In this document: piece after piece, positions 63,519-64,000 of the stretch
Numbering within the stretch: the first letter of the stretch is position 1
Layout: each line of letters begins with the position of its first letter
Origin: Octopus sinensis
Taxonomy: Eukaryota
DNA length: 64,000 bases
Assembly (NCBI RefSeq): GCF_006345805.1
Contig: NC_043019.1
Coordinates: 10,229,360 to 10,293,359, forward strand
Direction of reading: 5' to 3'
Notes under the pieces: generated by a model
What the model was told of the DNA's origin: nothing
Database searches by the model: none
The model's input: only the letters and a program-made list of their open reading frames with translations
Program-made: the position numbers and the translations under genes

Positions 63519-64000
63519 TCTCCTCTTTATAAATTCATCTTTTTCCCCCCCTCTTCCCACTACATATAAGGAAAAAAAGTTTTGTGTACAAGACGATGTA
63601 TTGTATAGCAATATACTTAATACTTTTTAAAGAATTATCAAACAAATTTAGCAAACATTAAACGAACTAAATTTCCCAAGAGCAATGAATATTCTTTCTA
63701 ATCTTTGTCACAGTCAGCAATTTTGAGGGGAGTGATCAATTTTGATTTCATAAACTCCCAATCGTTGACTGATATTTTATTGATCCTGAAAGGATGAAAG
63801 GTAAAGTTGATCTTGGCAGTATTTGAACTCAGAAAGTAAAGAGTTGGAGAAAATGCAGTTTGCTAACGATTCCGCTCCCTGCCTTTAAGAAGTGTGAATA
63901 ATGAGAATATATTTCACCATCTGAAAACTGTTTCCCCATTTCTTGCTTTCTGGCTTGTTTTATGTGTTTTGCTTGATGGGGGTCATCCCAGGTTAGTGGT

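Overview
This is AT-rich, microsatellite- and SINE-saturated animal genomic DNA. The repeat families strongly suggest an octopus or other coleoid cephalopod; this is an inference with no database check. It holds two protein genes. The first is the 3' seven coding exons of an ABHD1/ABHD3-like alpha/beta-hydrolase (+, 6180-21350), with all splice phases consistent and the Ser-Asp-His triad visible; its 5' exons were not found in the window. The second is an intronless Olig-family bHLH transcription factor (+, ATG 44220-46154, 644 aa) inflated by in-frame trinucleotide repeats. An initiator tRNA-Met lies at 60057-60128 (-). The rest is a dense record of mobile DNA: an internally deleted Helitron, mariner remnants, RTE, CR1, R4, Penelope and I-group (APE-RT-RNase H) retroelements, gag-like ORF1-only elements, MITEs and tRNA-derived SINEs. 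The best leads are a minimal hammerhead-like motif with a swapped G3-C8 core pair, LINE 3' ends shared with SINE tails (including a covarying stem-loop), ORF1-only elements, multi-level nesting, and several near-perfect inverted repeats that could be ADAR substrates. No evidence was found for a wholly new multi-gene system, and some tandem duplications look like assembly artefacts. Repeat boundaries are approximate.
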